Positions 48,426 to 57,953 of a stretch of DNA of 64,000 bases are shown in pieces. The notes below the pieces were generated by a model that saw nothing but the letters and a program-made list of their open reading frames with translations, did no database searches and was not told the DNA's origin. Origin of the DNA: a virus; IMG/VR virus record IMGVR_UViG_3300030085_004825, positions 32,001 through 96,000 of that record, one strand, 5' to 3'. Position 1 is the stretch's first letter, and the number at the start of each line of letters is the position of its first letter. The position numbers and the translations under genes were made by a program.

Positions 48426-49691
48426 ATGTATTGGCTTATAGAAAATCAAACTAAGATAGATCATCTTTGTCAAATAAAACACAAAGAAGCATATGTTGAA
48501 GTAATCCCAACATCACCATTTCTACACCCTGTAGAAAATAGTATATGTGCTATTTACATTAGACCAATAACTGATACAAAAGGGTATATTATCCCAATAA
48601 ACCATAGTGAAACAATAAATTTTGATATAGAAGAGGGAATAAAAGTACTAAACAGCATAAAAAAAATCTATATAAGAGATAAAAAAGAATTCCTACATTA
48701 CATAAAAGAAATACCACTTAGCAACTTACTACAACCAACCCCATCCCCTACTACGTATATACCAGAATTAACACCTGCCCACAACCATATTAACCAAAAT
48801 AGTGGTGGACGTGTGCATACTAACCCGTTAATACCAATAGTTAAACACTATGAGGTATGTGAACAAAACTATAATGAGTTTAATATAGGGGAACCAAATT
48901 TATTTTACAATAATAGAGCATCAATTGTGTTTAATATGATAGAACAAGCGGGAATCAAAGCAGATAACACGCTATATCAACATTATTTTGATAAAGACAC
49001 CAACGATGGTTATGTATACACACAATATAATTTTAACACAACAACTACGAGACCCTCTAATAGATATGGAGGTGTAAATTACTCGGCATTAAATAAAGAA
49101 AATGGAGAAAGAAAATGTTTTAAACCGCGCAATGATTTATTTATCGAAATGGATATTAGTGCTTACCATCCTACCCTTTTGGCTAGTCTCTGTGATTATA
49201 ACTTTTATACTATGGATATTCATGAGTCTTTTGCTGAAATGTATGGAGTTGACTACAAAAAAGCCAAAGAAATTACGTTTAAGCAAATCTATGGAGGGAT
49301 TTGGGAAAAATATGAACATCTTCCGTACTTTAAAAAAGTAAAAGTATATACAAATGAGTTATGGGAAGAGTTTCAAATAAAAGGGTATATTGAGTGCCCA
49401 ACATCTAAATATAGATTTGAGAAAGATAAACTGGATAATATGAATCCACAAAAACTTTTAAATTATCTATTACAAAATTTGGAAACCTCAACTAATGTTC
49501 TTATATTATGGGACATATTTAAACTTTTACGAGGAAAAAATACAAAACTTGTACTATATGTTTATGATTCGTTTTTATTAGATTATGATGAAACCGAAAC
49601 AGAAATTTTAGAACAAATTAAAGAAATATTTAAACAAAGAAAATTACAAATTAAAACAAAAATAGGTAAAGATTATAGCTTTACAAAATAA
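48426..49691 (+). CDS. Divergent minimal family-A DNA polymerase-like protein
   Basis: TTTTRPSN (cf. TGRLSS), motif A DISAYHP, motif B KKAKEITFKQIYGG, NYLLQ, motif C LYVYDSFL. Confidence 0.82.
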   Translation: MYWLIENQTKIDHLCQIKHKEAYVEVIPTSPFLHPVENSICAIYIRPITDTKGYIIPINHSETINFDIEEGIKVLNSIKKIYIRDKKEFLHYIKEIPLSNLLQPTPSPTTYIPELTPAHNHINQNSGGRVHTNPLIPIVKHYEVCEQNYNEFNIGEPNLFYNNRASIVFNMIEQAGIKADNTLYQHYFDKDTNDGYVYTQYNFNTTTTRPSNRYGGVNYSALNKENGERKCFKPRNDLFIEMDISAYHPTLLASLCDYNFYTMDIHESFAEMYGVDYKKAKEITFKQIYGGIWEKYEHLPYFKKVKVYTNELWEEFQIKGYIECPTSKYRFEKDKLDNMNPQKLLNYLLQNLETSTNVLILWDIFKLLRGKNTKLVLYVYDSFLLDYDETETEILEQIKEIFKQRKLQIKTKIGKDYSFTK

Positions 49692-49695
49692 ACTT

Positions 49696-50157
49696 ATGCT
49701 TAATACTTTAAAAGAATCACCCAATACGTATAACATATATGACTTTAATAGTGCTGTAGACCTTACGTTGATGAATAATAGATTGTTTTGTACTTTTACT
49801 ACTTTAGAAGATTTAGATAATCTTATTGAACAACTATCTAGCAAATACGTTATAATGTATAATAAAATGTTTGTTTTAAAAGTACAAAGTAACGAAGAGT
49901 ATACAGTTACATATAACGTTGATCAAGGTAATGTTAATGATATACCTGAAAATACTATTCTTGTACATAGAAAAAAAGAATCAAACACTTTATATACAAT
50001 AAATGCTCTTAATGAGTTAATAAAAAAATTAAATGGGGGAGTAGTAGATACAAAGTTTCCAATTAGTTGGCAACATTATAAAAATTGTATTCTACTTACT
50101 CAACATAATGAAATTAAACAACTAAATACAAAAATTCATAAGATTATTGAATTATAA
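49696..50157 (+). CDS. Hypothetical protein between polymerase and SSB
   Basis: 153 aa (alternative start 49771); LFCTF, TYNVD, HRKKESNTLYTINALN. Confidence 0.75.
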   Translation: MLNTLKESPNTYNIYDFNSAVDLTLMNNRLFCTFTTLEDLDNLIEQLSSKYVIMYNKMFVLKVQSNEEYTVTYNVDQGNVNDIPENTILVHRKKESNTLYTINALNELIKKLNGGVVDTKFPISWQHYKNCILLTQHNEIKQLNTKIHKIIEL

Positions 50158-50189
50158 TTTGGTTATTTAAATAAAGGTTAATATATTTA
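50158..50189 (+). promoter_or_regulatory. Bacteroidota sigmaA-type promoter
   Basis: TTTGG(50158); TTG-N20-TATATTTA(50182). Confidence 0.72.
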
Positions 50190-50219
50190 CAGTTATAAAT
50201 TTTAAAATAAAGTTATATT

Positions 50220-51050
50220 ATGAATCTAGATGCAATCAAGAAAAAGCTTGACACACTACAAAAATCCTCTAATAATAATGGAGGTAACAAAAGCGATTAT
50301 ATTCCGCTAAACAAATTTAAACCTTCAGTAGGTAAACAAACAGTAAGAGTTGTACCTTTTAAGTACAATAAAGACTACCCTTTTACAGAAATGCAATTTT
50401 ACTATAATATTGGTAAATTTAGAACTCTTGCTTCTCCATTAAATTGGGGTGAAAAAGACCCAATTGCAGAATTTGCAAAACAACTTAGAGGTACTAATGA
50501 TAAAGAAAATTGGAAGCTAGCTAAAAAACTAGACCCTAAAACTCGTATCTTTGTTCCTGTAATTGTTAGAGGGCAAGAAGCAGAAGGAGTTCAAATGTGG
50601 GAATTTGGTAAATTAGTTTACACAGAATTTTTAAATTTAGCTGCTGATGAAGAAGTTGGTGATTTTACAGATATTGTAAATGGTAGAGATATTAAATTAG
50701 TTACTACTAGCCCTGATCAAAATGGTACTAAATACAATAGTACTTCTATTTCACCTTCTATGAAACAAACACCTTTATCATCTGATAAAGCACAAGTTGA
50801 AGCATGGTTAGAAGATCAACAAAACCCTAAAGAAACATTTAAACCACTTCCGTTTGATACTCTTAAAGGTGCTCTTCAAGAATGGTTATCACCTGAGGAA
50901 GATGAAGAAGGAGAAATTTCTTCTGAACCTGCTGTAGAATTTGATGATGAAAAAACTGATTCAAATTATAGCCTTTCTACTAAAAAGAAACAAACTAAAG
51001 TAGATAAGTTTGATGAAATGTTTGATAAAGAAGACGGTTTACCATTTTAA
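50220..51050 (+). CDS. Single-stranded DNA-binding protein (T4 gp32-like)
   Basis: VRVVP, DPIAE, GVQMWEFGK.VY, D..NGRDI; acidic tail ending DGLPF. Confidence 0.85.
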   Translation: MNLDAIKKKLDTLQKSSNNNGGNKSDYIPLNKFKPSVGKQTVRVVPFKYNKDYPFTEMQFYYNIGKFRTLASPLNWGEKDPIAEFAKQLRGTNDKENWKLAKKLDPKTRIFVPVIVRGQEAEGVQMWEFGKLVYTEFLNLAADEEVGDFTDIVNGRDIKLVTTSPDQNGTKYNSTSISPSMKQTPLSSDKAQVEAWLEDQQNPKETFKPLPFDTLKGALQEWLSPEEDEEGEISSEPAVEFDDEKTDSNYSLSTKKKQTKVDKFDEMFDKEDGLPF

Positions 51051-51060
51051 ATAAAGTTAT

Positions 51061-52140
51061 ATGCCAAGAAATAGAAAATCACTGTCAGAAGCAGTAGATA
51101 ATGAATTAAAATCAGATTTTAATTTAAATAGTTTTAAAAATAAAAAAGGTTTAGCATCTAATGTTAAATTTAAAGCCCAAGATTGGGTTCCACTCTCCCC
51201 AGCATTCCAAGAAGTAACATCAGTACCAGGAATACCTTTAGGTCATATTGTTTTACTTAGAGGCCACTCAGATACAGGAAAAACTACCGCGTTACTTGAG
51301 GCAGCAGTTGCTGCCCAAAAACGTGGTATACTACCTGTTTTTATCATTACAGAAATGAAATGGTCTTGGGAGCATGCTAAAATGATGGGTTTTGAAGTTA
51401 ATGAAGTATTTGATAAAGAAACAGGTGAGTTAATTGATTATGAAGGTCAATTTCTTTATGTTGATAGAGAAACTATTAATACTATAGAAGATGTTGCAGC
51501 ATTTGTTTTAGATTTAATGGATGAACAGAAAAAAGGTAATTTACCTTATGATTTAATGTTTTTATGGGATTCAATTGGTTCAGTACCTTGTGAAATGTCT
51601 GTTAAATCAAATAAAAATAATAACGAATGGAATGCAGGTGCTATGTCAACCCAATTTGGGAATAATGTTAATCAACGTATTACATTATCCCGTAAAGAAA
51701 GTTCAAAATATACGAATACTTTAGTTTGTGTTAATAAAGTTTGGGCGGCTAAACCTGCTGTACCTATGGGACAGCCTAAATTAATGAATAAAGGTGGTTT
51801 TGCAATGTGGTTTGATGCAACTTTTGTAGTAACATTTGGAAACATTGCAGATTCTGGTACGTCTAAATTAAAAGCTATTAAAGATGGTAAACAAGTAGAA
51901 TTTGCTAAACGGACAAATTTACAAATTGATAAAAATCATATTAATGGTATACAATCTAGAGGAAAAATTGTTATGACACCTCATGGGTTTATTTTAGATA
52001 ATGATAAAGATCTAAAAGATTATAAAGATTCACAAAAAGAAGAATGGAAAAAAGTATTAGGAGGAGGAGATTTTAATATAATCGAAGAAAATTCTGATAC
52101 TTCACAGGTTGAATCTTTTATTACTGAACCTGAAATATGA
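51061..52140 (+). CDS. uvsX: RecA/UvsX-like recombinase
   Basis: GIPLG, GHSDTGKTT Walker A, FLWDSIG Walker B, KGG.A..F. Confidence 0.88.
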   Translation: MPRNRKSLSEAVDNELKSDFNLNSFKNKKGLASNVKFKAQDWVPLSPAFQEVTSVPGIPLGHIVLLRGHSDTGKTTALLEAAVAAQKRGILPVFIITEMKWSWEHAKMMGFEVNEVFDKETGELIDYEGQFLYVDRETINTIEDVAAFVLDLMDEQKKGNLPYDLMFLWDSIGSVPCEMSVKSNKNNNEWNAGAMSTQFGNNVNQRITLSRKESSKYTNTLVCVNKVWAAKPAVPMGQPKLMNKGGFAMWFDATFVVTFGNIADSGTSKLKAIKDGKQVEFAKRTNLQIDKNHINGIQSRGKIVMTPHGFILDNDKDLKDYKDSQKEEWKKVLGGGDFNIIEENSDTSQVESFITEPEI

Positions 52141-53165
52141 AAAAAGATCTTTTAAATCTTTTAGATAATATACAAGAAACAGAAAAAGAATTACCTCAAT
52201 TTGAACGTTATATATTAATTGATGGACTTAATTTATTTTTTAGAAGTTTTAGTGCTATAAATGCTGTTAACCCTAAAGGAGCTCATGTAGGTGGTTTAGG
52301 AGGGTTTTTCCGCTCATTAGGGTTTTTAATTCGTCAAATTCAACCAACTAAAGTATTTGTTATATTTGATGGAAAAGGTTCTTCTAATAATAGAAAAAAT
52401 TTAATACCTGAATATAAAGCGAATCGAAATACTTCTCGAATTACTAATTGGGAAGTATTTGAAAGTTTAGAAGAAGAAGATGATTCTAAAATTGATCAAA
52501 TTGTTAGAATTATTCAATATCTAAAAACACTACCTGTAAAAACTATATCAATTGATAAAGTAGAAGCTGATGATATAATTGCATACCTAAGCAAAACCCT
52601 ACCAAATAACCCTAATGATAGAACTTTTATAGTATCAAGTGATAAAGACTATCTTCAATTAGTATCAGAACAAGTTATTGTTTATAGACCTATAGAAAAA
52701 GAATTTTATACTGAACAAACAGTAAAAGATAAATTTAATGTTACCCCTAACAATTTTCTCTTATATAAACTACTAATGGGTGATAACTCAGATGGAATCC
52801 CAGGTATTAAAGGTTTAGGCCTTAAAAAATTATATAAACTATTTCCTGAATTAACAGGAAAAAATATGGAGCTAGATGATTTATTAGATTTATGTGAAAA
52901 TAAATTAAAAGATCATGTAATATATGCTCGTGTTTTACATGATGTAGAATTATTAGAAAATAAACATAAAGTTATGGATTTATCAAACCCAATGATAGAT
53001 GATAAAGATAAAATGTTTATAGATAAATTTGTAAAAGATGAATCTCTTAATTATTTACCATCTCAATTTATTGAAATGTACAAACAAGATCAACTTGGAG
53101 GTATTATAAGAAATGTTGACATTTGGCTTAAAGATAATTTTGAAAATTTATTGGAAAACAAATAA
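52137..53165 (+). CDS. 5'-3' exonuclease / flap endonuclease (Pol I N-domain, T4 RNase H-like)
   Basis: LIDGLNLFFR, FDGKG, YKANR, EADDIIA, SSDKD, GDNSDGIPGIKGLG.K. Confidence 0.93.
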   Translation: MKKDLLNLLDNIQETEKELPQFERYILIDGLNLFFRSFSAINAVNPKGAHVGGLGGFFRSLGFLIRQIQPTKVFVIFDGKGSSNNRKNLIPEYKANRNTSRITNWEVFESLEEEDDSKIDQIVRIIQYLKTLPVKTISIDKVEADDIIAYLSKTLPNNPNDRTFIVSSDKDYLQLVSEQVIVYRPIEKEFYTEQTVKDKFNVTPNNFLLYKLLMGDNSDGIPGIKGLGLKKLYKLFPELTGKNMELDDLLDLCENKLKDHVIYARVLHDVELLENKHKVMDLSNPMIDDKDKMFIDKFVKDESLNYLPSQFIEMYKQDQLGGIIRNVDIWLKDNFENLLENK

Positions 53166-53181
53166 ATTATTGTTATATTTA
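53151..53181 (+). promoter_or_regulatory. Bacteroidota sigmaA-type promoter
   Basis: TTGG(53151); TTG-N20-TATATTTA(53174). Confidence 0.72.
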
Positions 53182-53198
53182 AATAAAAGTTATAAAAA

Positions 53199-54557
53199 AT
53201 GACGTTAAAATCAATTGACGAATACGGCTCAATCTTTCAAATGAAGGTTATTTCTTCATTACTAACACATAAGAATTTTTTACAAAACATAAATGATGTT
53301 TTAGATAGTGAGTATTTTACTAACCCTGCACATAAATGGGTTATAAATGAAATATTAGATTACTACGAAAAATATCATACTACTATTTCAATGGATATTT
53401 TAAAAGTTGAAATGAAAAAAGTAGAAAATGAAGTACTTCAAGTTTCAATTAGAGAACAACTTCGTGAAGCATATAAAGCAGATATAGATGATTTAACTTA
53501 TGTTCAAGAAGAATTTTCTGCATTTTGTAAAAATCAACAACTTAAAAAAGCATTATTAAATAGTGTAGATTTACTTAAAGCAGGTGATTATGATTCTATA
53601 AAATATATGATTGAAGCTGCTATGAAAGCAGGCCAAGATAAGAATATAGGACATGAATATAGAAAAGATGTAGAATCTAGATATAGGGAAGATCATAGAA
53701 CAACTGTACCAACACCTTGGGAACCTATAAACCAATTAATACAAGGTGGTTTAGGTAATGGTGATTTAGGGTTAATATTTGGAAATCCTGGTGGAGGTAA
53801 ATCTTGGACACTAGTTGCTTTAGGTGGGTTTGCTGTAAAAATGGGTTATAATGTAATCCATTATACTTTAGAACTAAGTGAATCATACACAGGTAGACGA
53901 TATGATGCTTTTTTTACTAATGTTCCTGTAGATAATTTAGAAAAACATAAAACCAAAGTAGAAGAAATAATACCTGAACTTCCAGGTGAATTAATAATCA
54001 AAGAATATCCTATGGGTAAAACTACTATGTCTACAATAGAAGCCCATATTAAAAAGGTTACAGATTTAGGAATAAAACCTGATTTAATTATTATTGATTA
54101 TATTGATCTTCTTTCAACAAAAAAGAAAACTGTTGACCGTAAGGGAGAAATAGATGATATTTATACTAGTACTAAAGGATTAGCAAGACAACTTAACATA
54201 CCAATATGGTCAGTTTCTCAAGTAAATCGTGCAGGCGCTAAAGATAATGTTATAGAAGGAGATAAAGCAGCTGGTAGTTACGATAAAATGATGATCACAG
54301 ATTTGTCTATATCCTTATCAAGAAAAAAAGAAGATAAAGTAAACGGAACAGGAAGATTTCACATTATGAAAAATCGATATGGGATGGATGGCCTTACTTA
54401 CCAAGTTAATGTTGATACAACTATTGGTAAAATAGAAATTGGTGATGTATATGATGATGAAGCTGATACTGTTACCCCTAGTTCTCCAAACAATGAAAAT
54501 TTTGACAATTTAGATCGTAAAATGTTAAAAAAGAAGTTTTTTGAATTAAATTCATAA
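53199..54557 (+). CDS. dnaB: Replicative DnaB-like helicase (T4 gp41-like)
   Basis: GNPGGGKS, YTLELSE, IIIDYIDL, SQVNR, MKNRYG. Confidence 0.93.
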   Translation: MTLKSIDEYGSIFQMKVISSLLTHKNFLQNINDVLDSEYFTNPAHKWVINEILDYYEKYHTTISMDILKVEMKKVENEVLQVSIREQLREAYKADIDDLTYVQEEFSAFCKNQQLKKALLNSVDLLKAGDYDSIKYMIEAAMKAGQDKNIGHEYRKDVESRYREDHRTTVPTPWEPINQLIQGGLGNGDLGLIFGNPGGGKSWTLVALGGFAVKMGYNVIHYTLELSESYTGRRYDAFFTNVPVDNLEKHKTKVEEIIPELPGELIIKEYPMGKTTMSTIEAHIKKVTDLGIKPDLIIIDYIDLLSTKKKTVDRKGEIDDIYTSTKGLARQLNIPIWSVSQVNRAGAKDNVIEGDKAAGSYDKMMITDLSISLSRKKEDKVNGTGRFHIMKNRYGMDGLTYQVNVDTTIGKIEIGDVYDDEADTVTPSSPNNENFDNLDRKMLKKKFFELNS

Positions 54558-54575
54558 CCCTAAATTTTTATTAAA

Positions 54576-55565
54576 ATGCCAAAAAAAACAAACCTATTAG
54601 AAGAAAGAATAGTCTATAAACCTTTTGAATATCCTCAAGCTTTTGACTATTGGATGAAACAACAACAAGCACATTGGTTACACACAGAAGTCCCAATGAT
54701 GTCAGATATTAATGATTGGAAACAAAACCTAAACGAAACAGAAAAAAATATAATAGGTTCTATTTTAAAAGGATTTGCACAAACAGAAACTGTTGTAAAT
54801 GATTATTGGACAGGGTTAGTAACAAAATGGTTTAGGAAACCCGAAGTTATAGCAATGGCTACTACTTTTGGGGCTATGGAAACAATACATGCAGAAGCTT
54901 ATTCATTATTAAATGAAGAATTAGGTTTAGATGATTTTAGTGAGTTTTTAGAAGATGAAACTACAATGGCTAAAATAGAAACATTAATGAATGTTAGAGA
55001 TAGTTTTGATGGTGAAGTAGATTGGCATGAAAGAGCCAAATCATTAGCTATATTTTCAGCATTTACAGAAGGTGTAAATTTATTTTCTTCATTTGCTGTT
55101 TTACTTTCATTTAAAATGAGAAATAAATTAAAAGGAGTAGGGCAAATTGTAGAATGGAGTATTAGAGATGAATCAATGCACTCAGAAGCTGGATGTTGGT
55201 TATTTAGAACATTATTAGAAGAAAACCCACATTTAAAAACACCTGAATTAGAAGCATCTATTAATGAAGCAGCTTTACTTTCTCTTCAACTTGAATTAGA
55301 TTTTATAGAGAAAGTTTATGAATTAGGTGATCTTGAAGGGTGTTCAAAATATGACCTACAAAACTTTATTAAAAATAGAGTAAATACAAAATTAGCAGAT
55401 TTAGGATATAACCCTATCATTTTAGATGTTGATATGACAGCAGTTAAAAATATGAAATGGTTTGATTCATTAAGTGCTGGAAAACAACACACAGACTTTT
55501 TTGCAAATAGAGTAACAAATTATAGTAAAGGACATTTAGAGTGGGATTCCACTTCAATATTTTAA
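54576..55565 (+). CDS. nrdB: Ribonucleotide reductase class I beta subunit
   Basis: YKPFEYP, ETIHAEAY, TEGVNLFSSF, RDESMH, DFFANRVTNY. Confidence 0.96.
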   Translation: MPKKTNLLEERIVYKPFEYPQAFDYWMKQQQAHWLHTEVPMMSDINDWKQNLNETEKNIIGSILKGFAQTETVVNDYWTGLVTKWFRKPEVIAMATTFGAMETIHAEAYSLLNEELGLDDFSEFLEDETTMAKIETLMNVRDSFDGEVDWHERAKSLAIFSAFTEGVNLFSSFAVLLSFKMRNKLKGVGQIVEWSIRDESMHSEAGCWLFRTLLEENPHLKTPELEASINEAALLSLQLELDFIEKVYELGDLEGCSKYDLQNFIKNRVNTKLADLGYNPIILDVDMTAVKNMKWFDSLSAGKQHTDFFANRVTNYSKGHLEWDSTSIF

Positions 55566-55570
55566 AAGTT

Positions 55571-57280
55571 ATGGATAACAATTTAATTGCAGATTACACA
55601 CAATGGGAAAGAGGTAAAGATTACCCTGAGTTTTTAGATGAAGTAGCTTTATCAACAATTTCAAAAGGATATCTCCTTCCAGGTGAAACACCTAAAAAAG
55701 CATATAGAAGAGTAGCTAATGCAGTAGCAGATAGATTAAATAGACCTGATTTAGCAAATAAATTTTTTAAGTATATTTGGAATGGGTGGATTGGTTTAGC
55801 TTCACCTGTACTATCTAATACAGGAACTGATAGAGGTTTACCTATTTCATGTTTTGGAATTGATACACCTGACTCAATTAGAGGTATTGGTTTAACAAAT
55901 GCTGAATTAATGAGATTAACTTCTTATGGTGGTGGAGTTGGTATTTCTTTATCTAAAATTAGAGGAAGAGGAGAACCTATTAGGGGAAATGGTAAAAGTG
56001 AAGGTGTAGTGCCTTGGGCTAAAATTTATGATTCAACTATTATAGCAACCAATCAAGGATCTGTAAGAAGAGGAGCAGCATCTGTTAATCTAAACATCAA
56101 CCACCCAGACATAAAAGAATTTTTGCAAATTCGTAGACCTAAAGGTGACCCAAATAGACAATGTTTAAATTTACATCAATGTATAATTGTCGATGATGCT
56201 TTTATGAGACGATTAAATGATCGAGATCAAGAAGCAATGGATTTATGGTTAGAAATTTTAAAATCACGAGTTGAAACAGGTGAACCATATATTATGTTTG
56301 AAGATAATGTTAATAAAGATAACCCTATGGCATATTTAATGAATAACCTAAATGTGTCTATGACTAATATTTGCTCTGAAATAACACTACATACAGATGA
56401 AGAACATTCATTTATATGTTGTTTATCTTCATTAAATTTAGCAAAGTATGATGAATGGAAAGACACAGATGTAGTTGAAACTGCTATTTATTTCTTAGAT
56501 GGTGTAATGCAAGAATTTATAGATAAAACTAGTGGTCAAGAATCTATGAAACGTACTCATAGGCATGCTTCAAAAGGTAGAGCATTAGGATTAGGAGTAA
56601 TGGGTTGGCATACATTTTTACAAAAGAAAAATTTACCATTTAACTCTATTGCTTCCACAGCTTGGACACATACCATTTTTAGTAATATAAAACTTAAAGC
56701 AGAAGCAGCAAGTAGACAATTAGCCCAAGAATATGGTGAACCTTTATGGTGTAGAGGAACAGGTATGAGAAACACTCATTTACTTGCAATTGCCCCTACC
56801 GTTTCAAATTCTAGAATTAGTAATTGTTCAGCTGGTATTGAACCTTACCCTGCTAATATGTACACATTTAACGGAGCTAAAGGTACATTTATTGTTAAAA
56901 ACCCAGATCTACAGAATATTCTAAAAGAAAAAGGATATGATACAGATAAAGTATGGGACCAAATTTTAGCTGATGATGGATCTGTTCAAAATTTACCAAG
57001 TGAGGTATTAAGTGAAGATGATAAAGAAGTATTTTTAACTTTTGCAGAAATTAATCAATTAGGTTTAGTTCAACAAGCCGCTATTAGACAAAAATATATA
57101 GACCAAACTCAATCTCTTAATTTATGTTTTTCACCTACTGATTCACCAAGGTGGATAAACCAAGTTCATATAGAAGCATGGAAACTAGGAGTAAAAACTC
57201 TTTATTACTTAAGAACAGACTCAGTAATTAAAGGAGATCTAGGTTCCCGTACAGTAGATTGTATAAGTTGTGATGGGTGA
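55571..57280 (+). CDS. nrdA: Ribonucleotide reductase class I alpha subunit (no ATP cone)
   Basis: PISCF, GGGVG, QGSVRRGA, TNICSEI, CCLSSLN, APTVS, YYLR, C-terminal CISCDG; ATG 55571 preferred over GTG 55541. Confidence 0.96.
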   Translation: MDNNLIADYTQWERGKDYPEFLDEVALSTISKGYLLPGETPKKAYRRVANAVADRLNRPDLANKFFKYIWNGWIGLASPVLSNTGTDRGLPISCFGIDTPDSIRGIGLTNAELMRLTSYGGGVGISLSKIRGRGEPIRGNGKSEGVVPWAKIYDSTIIATNQGSVRRGAASVNLNINHPDIKEFLQIRRPKGDPNRQCLNLHQCIIVDDAFMRRLNDRDQEAMDLWLEILKSRVETGEPYIMFEDNVNKDNPMAYLMNNLNVSMTNICSEITLHTDEEHSFICCLSSLNLAKYDEWKDTDVVETAIYFLDGVMQEFIDKTSGQESMKRTHRHASKGRALGLGVMGWHTFLQKKNLPFNSIASTAWTHTIFSNIKLKAEAASRQLAQEYGEPLWCRGTGMRNTHLLAIAPTVSNSRISNCSAGIEPYPANMYTFNGAKGTFIVKNPDLQNILKEKGYDTDKVWDQILADDGSVQNLPSEVLSEDDKEVFLTFAEINQLGLVQQAAIRQKYIDQTQSLNLCFSPTDSPRWINQVHIEAWKLGVKTLYYLRTDSVIKGDLGSRTVDCISCDG

Positions 57281-57306
57281 TATATGTATAATTAAAAATA
57301 ATAAGT

Positions 57307-57591
57307 ATGGAAAATGTAAAAATTGCTTTATTAATAGTTTTATCATATATTAAAAAAGCTTTTAAATGGGTTGGAAGAAAAATTAAAAGTTTCTTTGTAT
57401 GGGTATTTAGTAAAACAACTATTGACGAAAAAGTTATAGAAGTTGCAGAAGAAATATCTGATCGAGCAAAAGTTGTAAAAGAAGAATTAAAAGATGTAAA
57501 AAAGGCTCTTGGTAATGTTGTAGACCAAACAAAAGATGTAGCAGGAGCAGTAAAAGGTAAAAAAAGAAGAGGCAGACCTAAAAAATCCTAA
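57307..57591 (+). CDS. Small membrane-associated protein with basic tail
   Basis: Hydrophobic/amphipathic N-terminus, coiled coil, KKRRGRPKK tail; ATATGTATA at 57282. Confidence 0.65.
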   Translation: MENVKIALLIVLSYIKKAFKWVGRKIKSFFVWVFSKTTIDEKVIEVAEEISDRAKVVKEELKDVKKALGNVVDQTKDVAGAVKGKKRRGRPKKS

Positions 57592-57612
57592 TAAACTTAA
57601 ATATTTTTATTC

Positions 57613-57640
57613 AAAAGGTGTACATTTGTATACCTTTTTT
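57613..57640 (+). terminator. Intrinsic terminator
   Basis: AAAAGGTGTAC-ATTT-GTATACCTTTT with T6; directly followed by ATATTTATA(57641). Confidence 0.7.
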
Positions 57641-57681
57641 ATATTTATACTCAACACACGTTTTATTTTAAATAGTTTTTT

Positions 57682-57951
57682 ATGAAAATTTACAAATATA
57701 TAAAAAGTAGAATTATGGCTTTTAAAGACATGTTTAAAGACAATAATGATGTAAATGAAAAAAACGTAATAGGATTTTTATCATTTGCAGTAATGGTATT
57801 ATTTGCTCTTGCTGATTTAATAACAGGATATTTAGGTAAAGATTTAGTAGTTCAAGAATTTATTTATAATTCTTTTCTAGTAATTACTTTAGGATGTTTT
57901 GGGATAGCAGGAATTGAAAAAATATTTTCTAAAAAAGATAACGAAGAATAA
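57682..57951 (+). CDS. Two-TM membrane protein (holin candidate)
   Basis: Two hydrophobic helices, charged C-terminus, two possible starts (57682/57715); upstream of the endolysin operon. Confidence 0.55.
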   Translation: MKIYKYIKSRIMAFKDMFKDNNDVNEKNVIGFLSFAVMVLFALADLITGYLGKDLVVQEFIYNSFLVITLGCFGIAGIEKIFSKKDNEE

Positions 57952-57953
57952 AT

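Noticed and set aside
48426-49691. DpoZ-type (2-aminoadenine) polymerase system
   Set aside because: No purZ, datZ or mazZ-like gene recognisable in this window; cannot be excluded elsewhere in the genome.
426-55570. ORF-track starts at 426, 3905, 34806, 37193 and 55541
   Set aside because: These are non-ATG starts overlapping upstream genes or a terminator. ATGs at 504, 3920, 34866 and 55571 fit better, and 37193 is better explained by frameshifting.
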